Below, in pieces: positions 26,601-34,669 of a DNA stretch of 64,000 nt; the first letter of the stretch is position 1, and each line of letters starts with the position of its first letter. The stretch is taken from NCBI GenBank assembly GCA_001643675.2, contig LSRY02000034.1, forward strand, positions 806,001 through 870,000. The letters run 5' to 3'. The position numbers and the translations under genes are program-made. Under the pieces are notes generated by a model. That model had not been told where the DNA came from. It did no database searches and was given only the letters and a program-made list of their open reading frames with translations. The DNA is from Monocercomonoides exilis PA203 (lineage: Eukaryota > Protista > Preaxostyla).

Positions 26601-28027
26601 AGCATTTGAGAAGGGTAGAAGAAGTTTGCGAGAGAAAGGATGTTTTGCGAGGAAAGAGAAGATGTTAGCTGGTGGGTTGTCCAGTTGTAGTTCGAGATTG
26701 AAGAGGAGGAGGAAGAGGAAGAGGAGTAAGAGGAAGGTGAAGAAGAAGAAGAAGATGAAGATGATGATGATGATGATGATGAATATGTTAAATAATCGCT
26801 AACCAAAGCAGAAGAGGACGAGTCATCAGCAAGCGCTTCTGCCCAAATATGCGAAAGAAGCTTTGTGGCCTCGCTTTCATATGTGTTTTCATCAGGCGCG
26901 AAGCACAAGTCCTGAAGCAAGCAACTTTCCTTCTGCAAACAGGCTCCTTTGGTCCAGCGCATTTCTGTGTTGCGTTCTTGCTCCTGCAAATGCCTTCTTG
27001 CCATCTTTCTTTTCATCTTTCTTTGCATCTTCCCCACTTCCTCTGCCACACGCCCCCCGCTGAACGCCCAGCCGCCTTCGCTCCACAGCGGAAAGCAGCC
27101 TCCAAGAAGCGCTACGCTCTGCAGAAGAGTGAGCTTACGGACAGACAGCATTCCTTTGAATGCTATCAGAAGAGAATGCGCCTGGGATATTAGAAAGCGC
27201 AGCTGCTTAAGCGATGGCGGCACAAACATAAAATGAGATCGTCGCAATGTCTCAATAAACGCTTCGTTATCTGGGTTTTGCTCATTTTTCTCTGAAAGAG
27301 AAAGAAGTTTTTCGATGTCTGTTCTCAACCGACTTTCGACTCTTGTTCTGTGCATCATCGAAAATGAAGGTAAAATTTCGTCAAGGACTATTCGCCGCAA
27401 CAGCCCAATAAGTCTTTCAATTGTATTGATTTCTATTGCTCCAGAAGGGAAATCAACAAACGTAAATAGTGATAAAATGCATAATCCGCATTCAATTGAA
27501 GATTCAAGTTTCTCGCAAGTATTAGTGGACAAACAAATAAAATTCTTTTGGACTCGATTCTTCTTTACATTTTTTTGTTGCAGAGATTCTTTTTTGCTTG
27601 AAATAAGCATCCCATTTGATGGGGAAAAAATATTTAATAAACTATTCAAGCAAATTGAGAGACAATGGCAAAGCTTTTGGCATTCATCCGTATTCAAACC
27701 ACCTTCTTGTAAGATGGAATTTGTACGGAATGCATTTTTGTGGATTTGTGCTTCAATTGGAAAGCTTTTTGGTGAAAAAGTTGAAAATTCAGAATAAACT
27801 GTCCCCTGTGAGTGTTTTCCATAGTAAAATGAATTCTCAGGTGCTCCTTTTCCAAAAAGAAGATTTGTTCCAATTCTAAGATTCTCTAACTCAACTTTTA
27901 TTGCTTTAAAAAGTGTAGAAAGTGCATTTATTGTTTTTGATGAAATCAAAGAATATTCTGTAAAATTTCCATCTATACCAACGTAATCATAAAGAGTGCA
28001 AATAGATTTTTGAAGCAATGATTGCAT
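11627..28027 (-). CDS. SCC2: Cohesin loader Scc2/Nipped-B-like protein (5466 aa, single exon, low-complexity expanded)
   Basis: Scc2 motifs in the expected order: LLHPLYSSSSELLL, PHD finger, HLNDHSAIVRETVV, EDPSANVRKRIHRIL, IGIRQRVLHPFLFVPSVVVLLSD, ASLPFSSESEV; basic C-terminal tail. Confidence 0.8.
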   Translation of the reverse strand: MQSLLQKSICTLYDYVGIDGNFTEYSLISSKTINALSTLFKAIKVELENLRIGTNLLFGKGAPENSFYYGKHSQGTVYSEFSTFSPKSFPIEAQIHKNAFRTNSILQEGGLNTDECQKLCHCLSICLNSLLNIFSPSNGMLISSKKESLQQKNVKKNRVQKNFICLSTNTCEKLESSIECGLCILSLFTFVDFPSGAIEINTIERLIGLLRRIVLDEILPSFSMMHRTRVESRLRTDIEKLLSLSEKNEQNPDNEAFIETLRRSHFMFVPPSLKQLRFLISQAHSLLIAFKGMLSVRKLTLLQSVALLGGCFPLWSEGGWAFSGGRVAEEVGKMQRKMKRKMARRHLQEQERNTEMRWTKGACLQKESCLLQDLCFAPDENTYESEATKLLSHIWAEALADDSSSSALVSDYLTYSSSSSSSSSSSSSSSPSSYSSSSSSSSSISNYNWTTHQLTSSLSSQNILSLANFFYPSQMLLPLQQTAEPLVHFTFVAEPELATGMIGDVFDLLGQGEGEREREREAERERKRGREGKGVKRGRYREGGEGGEGGGGGEMEEEEEEEEEEEEEEEVNIEVNNDVEEEEEEDDDDEHKELVSSEEKDDEEEQIESKRAKSKIDRTKRKIPKKQQKTTKTKAKNTKNDSSLSFLNTLPIRSSPSSSSSQLTRKSSFSFSSSSSSSSSSSSSSFSSSSSSSSSSSSSSSSLLSSNSLGIHSIVQLLFSYPLIPPPSLVSLLLSLIQSCNAIDDETDVQTEGKQEMNKRMGNEYSENNESSLVLLPSSSSSTSTTLSKNSSSSSSSSSSSSSSSSSSSSSSSSSFHSNHHNPNQTPKHLPQQPPPPPLLLHPSSSSSSSSSQDTSHSHLDSVPCPLSPVPQQNEVESLLSQPLSDTLFDSQAAQEPNSSSSFNAEEEASSSSSSSSSSSSPSSSFSSFSSSSSFTLLNTQPELKRMSFSSLVPLLSSHIQFFIDKCGAFSAIVEECKRRMNSNDAQTNSSSSSSSSSHSSSSLSSSSSSSSSSSLIIIPSSSACRHHRTVLSRLVTHLLLLLLHPLYSSSSELLLFLIARSIALSLSPAQTQVFQQSLLWLSSEREEEEEEKGKSVAMKQKAAKGGGGGGGGGRENEKRRVGNDSNIDISSSSSSSSTTRSLLTPSMKTQATLIEAAKKRHFVLILGQIVGVVNEISKGGKVLNVKMRNFAKEKKKKWVEREKEMKSLIKKNEVKDEVLTAQSNKNDNKNEFSFEKDEISFKNTKINKKFAKSENDSQTTDQTRCGNCDVSIMKFPSLSDYISNKSISNRKFERLRTRISSNLSQNSQFLLLRCCLCGCLLHPLCCNRISPEMLSGISNSSNLASSYSSSSSSSVSNIFRFKPNSICDGCLVFYYQTHPLLSNDFIKHSKKSSPTFMSNEQETNKNSKELMKNDKILNNSSNLVLSSLNSSQNSSQIAKPQPIRSNSKRTLPHRPLMRLTGISNTKENLTGNLTDLPKRSGKRGGKGNIIKEEVKEIENTKTKTKEGKGKREEEEYFEEEEEEFEKEDNSVETINSQDDEWVASPINKRKTAFSSSKSIKKPEESQKRGNSSKLGLSLAVSSSSSSSSSSSTNLLQSKQTQFVKAAPMMLSEVMLLHQLEMEESKVKEKSDSMNVKGIFEVGKYWGGKTNREEEGEESEESEKGREEEIEEEEENFSDHTIISDFDSKEPLFGSKANNSDQFSSERVIGDGSSSSSLLFHHLPETIRDAACFTLSFWESTASSLGVDETHKKWMKMAMNVMTLRGGDSNKMIEEKMNEVIEKEAKNILKEKEEEKEREQEKERERKMKQKEEEEKKEKEKEKEEEEAILKSGRGRSGRGGRRGVARGKAKSRVLHPSSNRSATKAKNKQEDSNEGNKQENNETFASSSSSSFSSSSFSAEDEEKTKINEITDNTISNETYLTSLASSLFDRLNENSSSSSSSSEWLFLIHQPFLDEELAKRHFVEKYKDLFIELDSDLRSSLSSASSIRASLSPLRSFSSSFSNSSSNSPSHSPSRSSSSSFSFSSSSPHPLPQSPVSVSKQPENQFFTEKTEFKDKTLENFQTSTKKKKYSFSFPAFLVAPSSNIALPTFFSLQETQMSSSSSSSNNSSLSSIYTSSFSSSSSSSSSSSFLFSPLRSVLVRLHLSSFPSHLFPLLLKRFFLATLICQCNLEAVGATGIKSAAISVMEQLLTQDPDLLEEEEEKEEEEKEEVEEEEEEGEEEKGGEEDDDDEVLESKVEKNIKSKASKASKARKGKTVNQEEETGSAKTQTKSQLLKSKHKKGKEEKEKENKQNQNQSKSNILPRFLSLSAQNGLKRLILSHLNDHSAIVRETVVRIAGRSLQQKLKRWNVVMMKERQLVMKCEEEEREREREREREREEEDDNDDDEGGEKGGRERERKGKIGRKGIKQKEGSTISNSKAQSQNAISSPPLPSSSSSSSLSSSSSSSSSSSLSSFYTRLFSSSTSPSAFFWELFEILSRKEDPSANVRKRIHRILAEFVAVSLRCLAFVSSGTEEEAIDDLLSSSDAALWNNTQNGVKIGVGFNSVQSPSENSVLNENVLSLGSENAQNTLNAPFCVCRAFLLSAVSQILLFLVYLLSPLPFSSSSFSSSSFSSSFSSSSSNLSLFPSQRSPLDSSSSLLIKSVLKAAFVTGDLSSVKGKEGLQWDNDGVEEEFLFEEEEEEEDDDEEEEEKEEEDGEEEESVNKNIEVSSEEETDETKENSVSKSENSKTKAKTTKRTANKQPNKGFHKKNSSTKSSNSFSSFVSSSPSTSSSKLSPAMRVMLLTSVVRRLDLSNRSNSEWVYELFCELFKGETDEWNENNTKQKSEAEHRMKANDGVDDNLWLLSGKSQTMPFRSDLSSPFTSNVINIDDDDDENDDVNDAVNTQLSVSFSSFSSLQSNAEATLKHRRDELASKQVCDTLIQLLMKVATEISQINTKIEEAEEEEGEEEKGGNLKEAERKKMEQSQQNSKNNQNSKPKTFSRSFQTKKQVSNQFQQTHKQKLQQLRTKLSEKHRIQFEIVKVLSLLVRSHPPLVGRHFSVIVSLLSLSCSGKSSLNSYSNFNSNNKFSKEIAQKSVNGKEEASNPNQTSGNELNSHPSFPTSSSSSSSPSSSRSSSPLPPPSSSSSSSSSSSSSKQLQAFKQNMSELESATVDELLNVLLKMVQWGNEAGIESVVDVLAEKTRKRQKQQEEEEEEEEEEEEKEEREKEKEKEEKEEEEGEREKKKENFTNSINRRRIESTPHPKTPIRSAFAQANNKQAKQTSSSSLMSSPFTIICSSHHPIIKRENAFSAQEVLLLLASSASSAYTLTLIIKTLCSLVVFYTRDFKPLFRILLQNLAFLRRVQNLRDASFVRSITKSNQSYLTSSSPSLSLSPSNSPSLLPSPPHSFITPCFSVQRPFSQQPLQHTPNSVAHSPSSSPASRRLVFPSSSSSSSSSSPSSSFASTPPIFGSLNSRSHNETPTKSVLSLVPVQPKGKQQQQQQLQNQNQHQQRRYPQLSDLSQMEDSPIKSDAPHSMLFPPLSVTNEKVQAKGTSATRRHSPSLSSSSSSSSPSLFSSSSSPSPSFRSMQSPQPQPIITLHPQPSSSPAFLLPSFSFSSFPLPFSSQIQPPSTALRSLIIRSLFILCQLSRWIDFSKVLTQKEMEEAGRIVAYRHTQQQVARNGVNAAQSLYQSHSSSSSSSSSSSSSSSSSPSLYPLSSNILSSPSPSHSPASSPQTSSSSFFSSSSSSIPIRVSLISQLSLHSSSFSFTLFKTLAFFCSFSDPLISARAVQMATTFVSNHRFFLVASFFPFWNFQKNKISSFLSADSFEKTKKMANWNDQIEFWLRGGGGNIGSLGNMGSGGGGGGGINESDADNSPFFRRQLLLSEEMSIRKFGDFKGKVDLTANVLYKPTPVNLQNQNLSFSPSPPFASASPSLLSSSYSYSYSYSSPTTSASSSPSLSPLTSFSSSSSSSSSPSPSFRKVHLFREAFDEIRAAQLRSIQTLLEDEEERILAEQEKMKLIQRNTMSEKGGRERGERGGNIKEKEKMTQKKVKTKPKNTEKEEIHLDVKATEQSEDSNVQITTSISTQIKTSTTKSSSSSSSSVNKKNGSRKMSIPLSDSDSDDSTKPRLHSPVSSVISQKKTPIVTKRSREMQKKGKILRQYGTLDEIISEDDSKESEANENTKVKKEDYVSVKQEQEESLASFASPQKEKQNQMNLALKETGNKGIQSKASLILSKASESSSSKGNDMNMKQDMYEQMHKEEKDFKKQQEQNKNARSMKNEQTTIKRNNSFGFDQLSESDSKESSQPLKRSNSLSRSRCHSFSGSSLEQLDSSSSASASVSHSKSSSSPSTSSHSASSSPSLQSIPDASLLPSDFSVSAALLQHHQQSLLMTLTGRPSASTVQHPSLYAFQSQQHNSSSSSSSFLSASQQHSLSVLQTIASIRLPTLSIVSIGIRQRVLHPFLFVPSVVVLLSDADVQVRESAWQLLVLMMEMDGGAVKTKGEGVEEGRRQRKGRGGSGGGSGGGGGGAGGGAGEGVLERRNRAIEKGWLKKRMGISTTSASGRRRRQVTKRGKQAENSNLNEAKEFGSKIEADILSDEAEGDLYEQDQNSNRRTTLLTGEDEQDGNNIAVISASKRSKQKKEVILSDLSIGWVSLSSVVDGVLMSFEYQLAMNGDSNVCEANENIDAVAWMVVKNAVSEEKEESKNDIFDHHTQTLSQSSGSFSSLFPSLSTNNDSEMDSHCFSDTLQKELLALGLSLCFLSSPTTHLKSMLNQQATQSAALVTQSSLSSDLLVVHSAPEFSIRNLPLSLTLPHFGKVFNYLHRGGAVFVTTFVNSLLKTVFSEWEKLLAVDDSELRKTQNESNFASSALSFDKQISDAFHCSHSSSWEKAAAMCRSHHFAVYLLSVCASLPFSSESEVNSAIAQLNSIALRMMPIADEIAQSFIQQGSKQEKMSEVEDASASLQSSAPKEEAITETYVDTALIEETNENSLEPLTDQESLNNISHSSSSSSLSQSQSSHLKSSSFEQLSYSPLKSECLLSIIRDVLIVRSALRMFYWINLSGKNGGYFSQNDSFLTIDRENTNSASTSTSSTAKSNTPNFKSMEKVTNFNPRLLFEENIFAKQIVDACINWTDNTNSFLIENEQNDSLEDKTHKINQKAKKAAKKEKEIEESIRDSRHMMEAKDRQNIGMCITLPNLAVSVKEWYSCKQIMLQFKDDVNKMKNEITSNIRRMLSFQNSISEKTEDFPQTKQNEADLRNFAAASSCSLFIKSQLNSLSEYSCLNSYVCLDELASNLVLHLRGSIPEASCYLSSFLNSSFTTSSKREQSSKRIEMILEEISALTDVEEPQPSPEDLAAVEMFDDSLASSSTAGGKQTAQLNQNQFGKRGIKKGRITNTKTNSSKKKKKKQKRKRSQDDWDDTSSEEFLDEKIDGAWNQSHQAVPVAQRERSLRTRKAVVREDSIYDDFYSSFQSDGEQ

Positions 28028-28224
28028 AAGTTCATAAAAAGCGTTTACCCAAAAGAAAATGTAATTTCGCTACAGTTCTTTCCCATAAAAAATGTGGGAA
28101 TCATAAATAATTTTCTTTTCAGAAAAATGAAATGGCATTACTCAAGGAAAATATCTATTAAAAAAGCATCAATGTTGACGCAATAAATGATACATTTCTT
28201 GAAAAAATTGTAAAAGAGAGATTT

Positions 28225-29346
28225 TTATCTTAATTTATATTCAACAACTTGTTTCTCCACGAATTTGCCCTGTGCTGTTCTGTGCTCGTATTCTATGTTA
28301 ATATCCATATCTCTTCTATTTTTTTCATTGGGAGTAAGTTCAAACGTTCCGACAATTCCATCGTTGGCAGCGATGTACATAGGAGTTGGAATGTAAAACA
28401 CTGTTTGCTTCCAGTGAGTGCTTCTGAGAAGAGGAGAAGTCGAGATTGTAAGGACACGCGATCCGTGAGTGAACATCACATCGAAGTACACCACTGCCGC
28501 ATGCATCGTGTCATGTCGAGTGGCTTTCAATGCAAACGGCACTTTAAATGCTAAATCTTCCTTCTTTACTGTTTTCAAATCAAAGTTGCGGAACTCAACA
28601 AGATCTGTCATCACCTGCTGCGCATCGCATATGTCAACAAGAGGTTCCTGAAGTGCTTCTTTCTTCAAGCAACTCATCTTGAATCCATAAACATTGTCCC
28701 AAAAATCAATCTTTGTGGCTCTATACTCTGCATCTTCAATCCCGCAAATCATCATTCTTGCAACGTCTGGAAGTAAAATTCCGTCAGGCTTCAACCATCT
28801 ATCTCTTGCAACCAAAACAGATTCCAACATATTTTCATACAAAAGGCAATAACCCATCCATTCAGAAACAATTATATCAACTTTATCTACAGGAAGATCT
28901 AATTCTTCAACTTTTCCTCTAATCAATGTAATTTGATCTTTAAATCCATTTTCTTCCACAATGCTACGAGCAGATTCAATGATTGCGGAGCAGTCAATTG
29001 CAAATACATGAGACGCACCAGCTTGAACTGCAAACATTGATAAAATCCCAGTTCCACATCCAACATCTAACACGATCTTTCCTCGAAACAGTTGCGGATT
29101 GTGTATGATTGCATCACGATATGTCCTTGTGCGGACTTCATCCTTCAACATTTCTTCATGAATCCCTGTTGTTAAAAAAAATCAAGTTAAAAAGTAATAT
29201 TGCTTTCCTTGTTGCTAAGACAACAAATGCAAACCAAAATGTGCATAAGATTCAAAGTAATAGTCAGACGATTGCATATCAGAGGGTGATTTTAATTCTT
29301 TTTGCTCAACTGCAGGCTGCGAAGAGGATGAAGATGGTGTTGCCAT
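28225..29346 (-). CDS. PRMT1: Protein arginine N-methyltransferase 1. Exons 29346-29235 and 29165-28225
   Basis: DYYFESYAHFG|IHEEMLKD restored across a 69-nt GT-AG intron (29234-29166); VLDVGCGTGILS, VDIIVSEWMGY..E double-E loop and THW loop. Confidence 0.96.
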
Positions 29347-29552
29347 GAACTTCAATAAATCGAAGACTACTTTGTGATTTCACAACAGATATTCAACATA
29401 AAATATAAAATTTTATATATTTTTGTAAACAATGTGGAGATCATTAAAAAAACAGCATACAAAATGGATTTAGGAAAAAATCCACAGATCAAAAAATCAA
29501 ATTAATTTATGAGGGTATGGAGATCTACCAATTCATAATTATCGAGTTAAAA

Positions 29553-29909
29553 ATGGCATCTTCAGACATTGAGGATTTTGTTAAATTCAAGGATATCAAA
29601 AAGGAACATGAGGATGGTTTAATTCTTATCAATAATTAAAAATATTCATTTTTATGTGAATATCTAACGCTTTATAAAGAACTTCGTCCTTTTTGTATTT
29701 GCAGATCAAAAAAGGCCTGGAAACGGTTATGCAGTGAAGCGATGGAATCAAGCAATATTGACCTTGATCAACTCAGCTCAAAAACTGAAAAAAAGTTAAA
29801 AAAGGGGAAAATGTTTCCAAGAACTATTGGAGAAGAAGCATTTCATATGCTTTTAAAAAACAAATCTTTGCTAGTTGAATGCCAGGAGAAATGCTGCAAG
29901 AAAAAATAG
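29553..29909 (+). CDS. Small hypothetical protein (~97 aa). Exons 29553-29616 and 29680-29909; alternative in-frame ATG at 29517
   Basis: GT..CTAAC..AAG 63-nt intron gives a continuous frame MASSDIEDFVKFKDIKKEHEDELRPFCICRSKKAWKRL...ECQEKCCKKK*; less AT-rich than the flanks. Confidence 0.6.
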
Positions 29910-30328
29910 TTTTTCGATGATGTTTCTTTGTTTTATGATTTTGATAATTAAATGTTGAAGTATGTTTTGAGTGAATTTTTCTTTAGGTTAATTTTCTAAT
30001 ACAGTTCATGTTTACACAAATTTTTTGGATAGTTGAATTTGCATTTTAATTGTTCTTCTGTTATTGTTTGAATAAAAAATTAGATTTTATTCTTTTTTCA
30101 TTTAAATATTTGTTTTTTCAACCAACTTTTTTGAACAATTTGATATTGTTTTTCGTTTAGAGCTATTTTTTTTATAAAAAAGTTTTGATTTTTGAGTGAA
30201 AAAACATCAAATATCTCATTTTCTTTAACAATTTCAAACAAATCTGATAAATTACAAAAAATACAATTAAAATTTTTTTGTTTGAATGTTAAAATATGCT
30301 CAAAGTTCTGAAGAATCATTTATTAATT

Positions 30329-31720
30329 TTAAAAAAAGATAAGACCTATTTTGTGAAGCAAAACCAAATGAAAAGAGCTTGATTTAACATTCACGAAATA
30401 ATCTGAAATATTCAACGATAAAGCTTCAAACCAATGACTTCTGTTCAAAAAACGATACATTTCATGAAGACTCTCAACACAATCTTCATATCCCTCTTCC
30501 TCCATCTTTTCAAAAATCTCTTTTTTTGTTGCTTTTCTTTTCTCTTTTTCCATTTCATCCTCCTCTTCTTCTTTCAATAGCATTGAAACATTCAAAAAGA
30601 AAAGCAAGCATTCCCATGCAATTCCAACATTCAAAATTGATCGCTTCATTTCATCAGAACAAAGATCAACAGCTCCGCCTTTCAGCATGTATTCAATTTT
30701 CACATTTTTCTTTTCTACTGATTTTCTTAATAAATGAAGGTAATTAAATTCAATTTCTTTGTTATTATCTCTTGATGCTTGAAACACCTTAACAATGCCA
30801 CCAATAAGCTCAGAATGCTCTCCATTCAACATTTTGCAAGGGGATAAATAATATTCAATTGAAAACAGCCATCTTATCAAAAGAATCTCCTCTTTCTCTT
30901 TTCTTCCTCTTTTTTCTTCATCTTTTTTCTTCATCTTTTTTCTTCCAATTCACACATCTTGTAAGTTCTTCCAGTTCTCTTGCTGCTTCCCTTGCTAAAT
31001 GCAGTTCATTCGCAATCACTTCTTCCACATTTTCATATAAAAATCTGTCCATCAAAAACAGCCAAGCAGACTGATAGGCAAGCTGAGTGAGGTTACGATG
31101 CCCTTGATGATATTTTATGATCTCTTTGATTTCATTGAGGTTAAGTTCTTGTTCAATAAACTAACAAGAAATAAGAAAAATAACAGCGTTATCAAAAAGG
31201 AAATAGAAATGCTCATACACAACACACAGCTTTGCTCAATGCAAGCAATGCCATTTCAGTTTCATTTTGGGTTTCCTTGCTTTCCTCTTTCTTCAAGGCA
31301 GTTTTGAGAAGACAGGGTACACAAATTGAATGTAATTCATATGGGAAGTCATAACCAAGAGTTAGATAGCATTCACAAAGATCAATCAGAAGCCTTTCAT
31401 CTTTTTCATCCTTTTTCTTCTCATTTTCATCAATTATCATCTCTCTCATTCTTTTGCTCAATAATGAATCACCAAAGAATACAATAAAATGCATTTCAAT
31501 TCCTTGCAAAATCCTGCTTTCTTCAACAACAAGATTGCATTTACCATCAAAAGCTTCTCTTCTTCAATCATTTCATCTATTTTGTTAAATAGTTCTTTTG
31601 TAAAAACAGATCTTAATTCTTTTTCATTCATTTCATCAATCATCCTTTTCATTTCCTCCATTTTCTGCATTTGTTCATCTTCTCTGCAATTTTCCAGTTC
31701 ATCGAATAATTCTGCAAAAT
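30329..31720 (-). pseudogene. Lineage-specific helical family paralogue 1, frameshifted
   Basis: Family motifs (NAILLLK, LLIDLCECY, HRNLTQLAYQSAW, FEKMEEEGYED). Frameshift near 31480, a 13-nt duplication near 30930, and read-through past the family DYFVNV end. Confidence 0.7.
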
Positions 31721-34669
31721 GCGTTCAAAAAACGAAAATCTGTTCAAAACTGTTCAATATTAATATAATTGCAAACTAAAAAACTTCGTTGTTGGTGATA
31801 TATCTTGCAATCCAATTTGAGGCTTATCACTGGTGCACGCACTCATTCTGCAAGCGGGTGGGAAAATCGTTTATTTGAGCAGACAGTTTGCAATTAACGA
31901 AATAATCAGAAATTAGCAACATGTTTGATGATCTTGCAAAATGAAAAGGAAACAAGCGCAATACCTGTTGCTTTTCTTTGAAAAATTATTGAGGTAATAG
32001 GATATTCAACAAAGCCTATGATCTTGACTGGGAAAGTCCAGAAAAAGAAAACTTGAGTTTCTTTATGATCCAACCAACTTTTAATAAAAATGAAGAATTG
32101 GATTTTGTTTCGAATAGTTTTATTTTGTTGATTGAGTCGGATTTTTTTTTGTATCGGAGCAGAGAAAATAAAACACACAGAAATAGATATTTATGGAAAA
32201 AGTGTGAAAACAACAGCCAAAATTAAAAAAAAAGACTTTTTCAACAATTTGCAAAGTTGAATCAGACTGAAAACTAGAACAATAAATGTTTGTGTGATTT
32301 ATGAATTTCGTTTTATTTTTTCATTGTTTTTCAATTTTCAGTTTTCATTCAAGATGACTCATTGGATAATTGAATGGAAAAAAAAAGACCAAAAATCAAA
32401 ATGGAATTGTCGATTCAATTGTAAAGTCAGTCAAACAGCAAAAGGAAATAGCAAAAAGGTTTTGCAGCGAAATGAACAAAAAATGAAAATTCTTGAAGGT
32501 CCACTTCAAACAACAAGGATGGCAGGATAAATGATTGGTGGAGCTGCAACAATGACTGAGAGTGATATTTTTTTTTGATAAATCAAACACATTTTTCATC
32601 AAAAAGCCATTTTTCTTCGATTGAACGACGATCAGATGAGAAATGTTGCGAATGAAGCTGTTCCATGAGAAGCATTCAGGAAGCACAAGAATTCAACAAC
32701 ACATTCATTGTTCATCAAAAACCCAGAAAAAAGGAATCGGAGAATTCTTCTGCTGCTTCATCAAAAGAATGAAGAGATCGGAAGAGAATTCGGATTCATT
32801 GTCCGAATACTTCCCTTTGCACGCACTTTTCTCTTTTTGGAGCAAATCAGAAACTTTTCATTGGACTTCAATGGCTTCCTCGTCTTGTCCCAATGGCTGA
32901 TGAGAATGAATGGACATCCCTTTTTGAATGTCTCTTCAATCCTTCCATTTTTTCTTTTTGTCAACAAATAGAACACTCATCAGAAGAAACTCCTGTCTTT
33001 TCACCTATTTCTCATCTGACACTCTCAGGATGTTTCATCTTCTGCATTGTTTTCTCTTCAAAGATCATCTCTTGTCAAATCATCCTCTTTTGCAGTTGCT
33101 GAACAAGTTGAAATGACACAATGCACAGCCACAGCAATATAAATGGTGATTGAAAGAAAGTTGAATTTGCTTTGGACGAAACAAAAGAAAGAAATGTTTC
33201 AGATGTGTTTATTGAATTCTGTTTGAATTGATGATCATTGTCTGAAGGATTTCTCTTCATCATCAACTTCTTTCTTTTTCTTCCTCTCCCTTCCTAATAA
33301 TATTCCTCATTGCTTCTTCTTTCTTCACTTACATCTCATAAGTCCTTTTGGCTGATTTTATTTCAAGAATCTGTTACCTTTCTTGTTGAATTCTTTTAAA
33401 TGAAAAATTTTCATTCCTTCTGTTTTCAAAATTTTGCGAACAGATATCTGAAATATCTCCTTCCAGAAATCTTTTCCTTCTCCAAGCGCTTCGATTTGAG
33501 ACCTTTACTTAATATATAATAAAAAAATAAAAATTAATAATTTGAAGTAATTTGTCTGCTGTATCTTCAATTTTATAAAGTTTTATCCATCAGCAAAAAA
33601 TACCAAATCAAAAATCAGCAAATAATCAACAATCATCAAATAATTTCACACTTCTCGTTCATCAATGGCGCTCGATGTTGGCTTTCGAAGTTCACCGCAA
33701 ATGCACCGACTTTTCTTTTCAAAAATTAGTTCTCTTCTTGTGATTTGAGAATACTGTTTGCAAAAATGTCGCATCCTCTCGTTCTTCTTCAAATATTGTC
33801 CCATATGTTTACGCTTATAAACGCATTCCTTCTTTCAAACATGTTCAGTTCTTTTTCGCTTTCGCTGGGCAATTCTGATTGCATTGAAAGAGTTTGTCGT
33901 TGCATCTTCTAACATCAACTTAGATCCTTTCGTGAAATGATGAGTTTTCAAAAATAATTCAGAAGACAGACAACAAAATTAATGGCTATTCAATGAAAGA
34001 ACTATTCACTTATAAATTCAACAAACATTTATTATTAGCAATCGTTCATTTATTTCCTGAATGTGAGCATTTCAAAGTCAAGTTTGCTTCCACAAAAGTG
34101 CACCAAATGGTCAAAATAATTATTTGCTCTTTAATTTCCCCGAACAAAGTCTTTGTAGTGAAATAACAAATCATCAAAAGAAAAAAATAATCCATTTTTA
34201 ATGGGTTTTTTCTAAGAAAATTCGAACTGTTTCTCTTTTTCGATATTGTCGAATTCTATCATCAAATAAGCACATGCCATATGTTTTATTCGTTTGAAAA
34301 TATCAAATTTTTTGAAAACCCAATGATCAAGCATTCCATTACAATATTAACTGGATAATAAATCATTTCTTTTCGCAATATTTCTTTCAAAAACTCGATG
34401 TTAAATTTGAACGTATGAAAAATCTATATTTTAATACAAGAATTTTGAGTTTTTCGTTTCATCTATTTTTTTCCAATTTCTATGTGTTCTGTTTTATTTT
34501 TTAAATTGAAAAATTGCATTATTTTCCAACAACGTATTTTCAAAGATGAAAGAGACTCTTGCTTCAAATAAATTTGATGGTTTGCTAACAATACATCGTT
34601 TAAAAATTTTTTGTGATGCGGTTTTTTTTTTTCTTTTTTCTTCTTCTTCTTTTCTTTTTTTGAAGATTT

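Noticed and set aside
11645-27879. Many short antisense and alternate-frame ORFs within Scc2
   Set aside because: By-products of GAA/TCT triplet repeats, which lack stops in other frames.
32294-33950. Cluster of short ORFs
   Set aside because: No coherent exon chain or recognisable domain.
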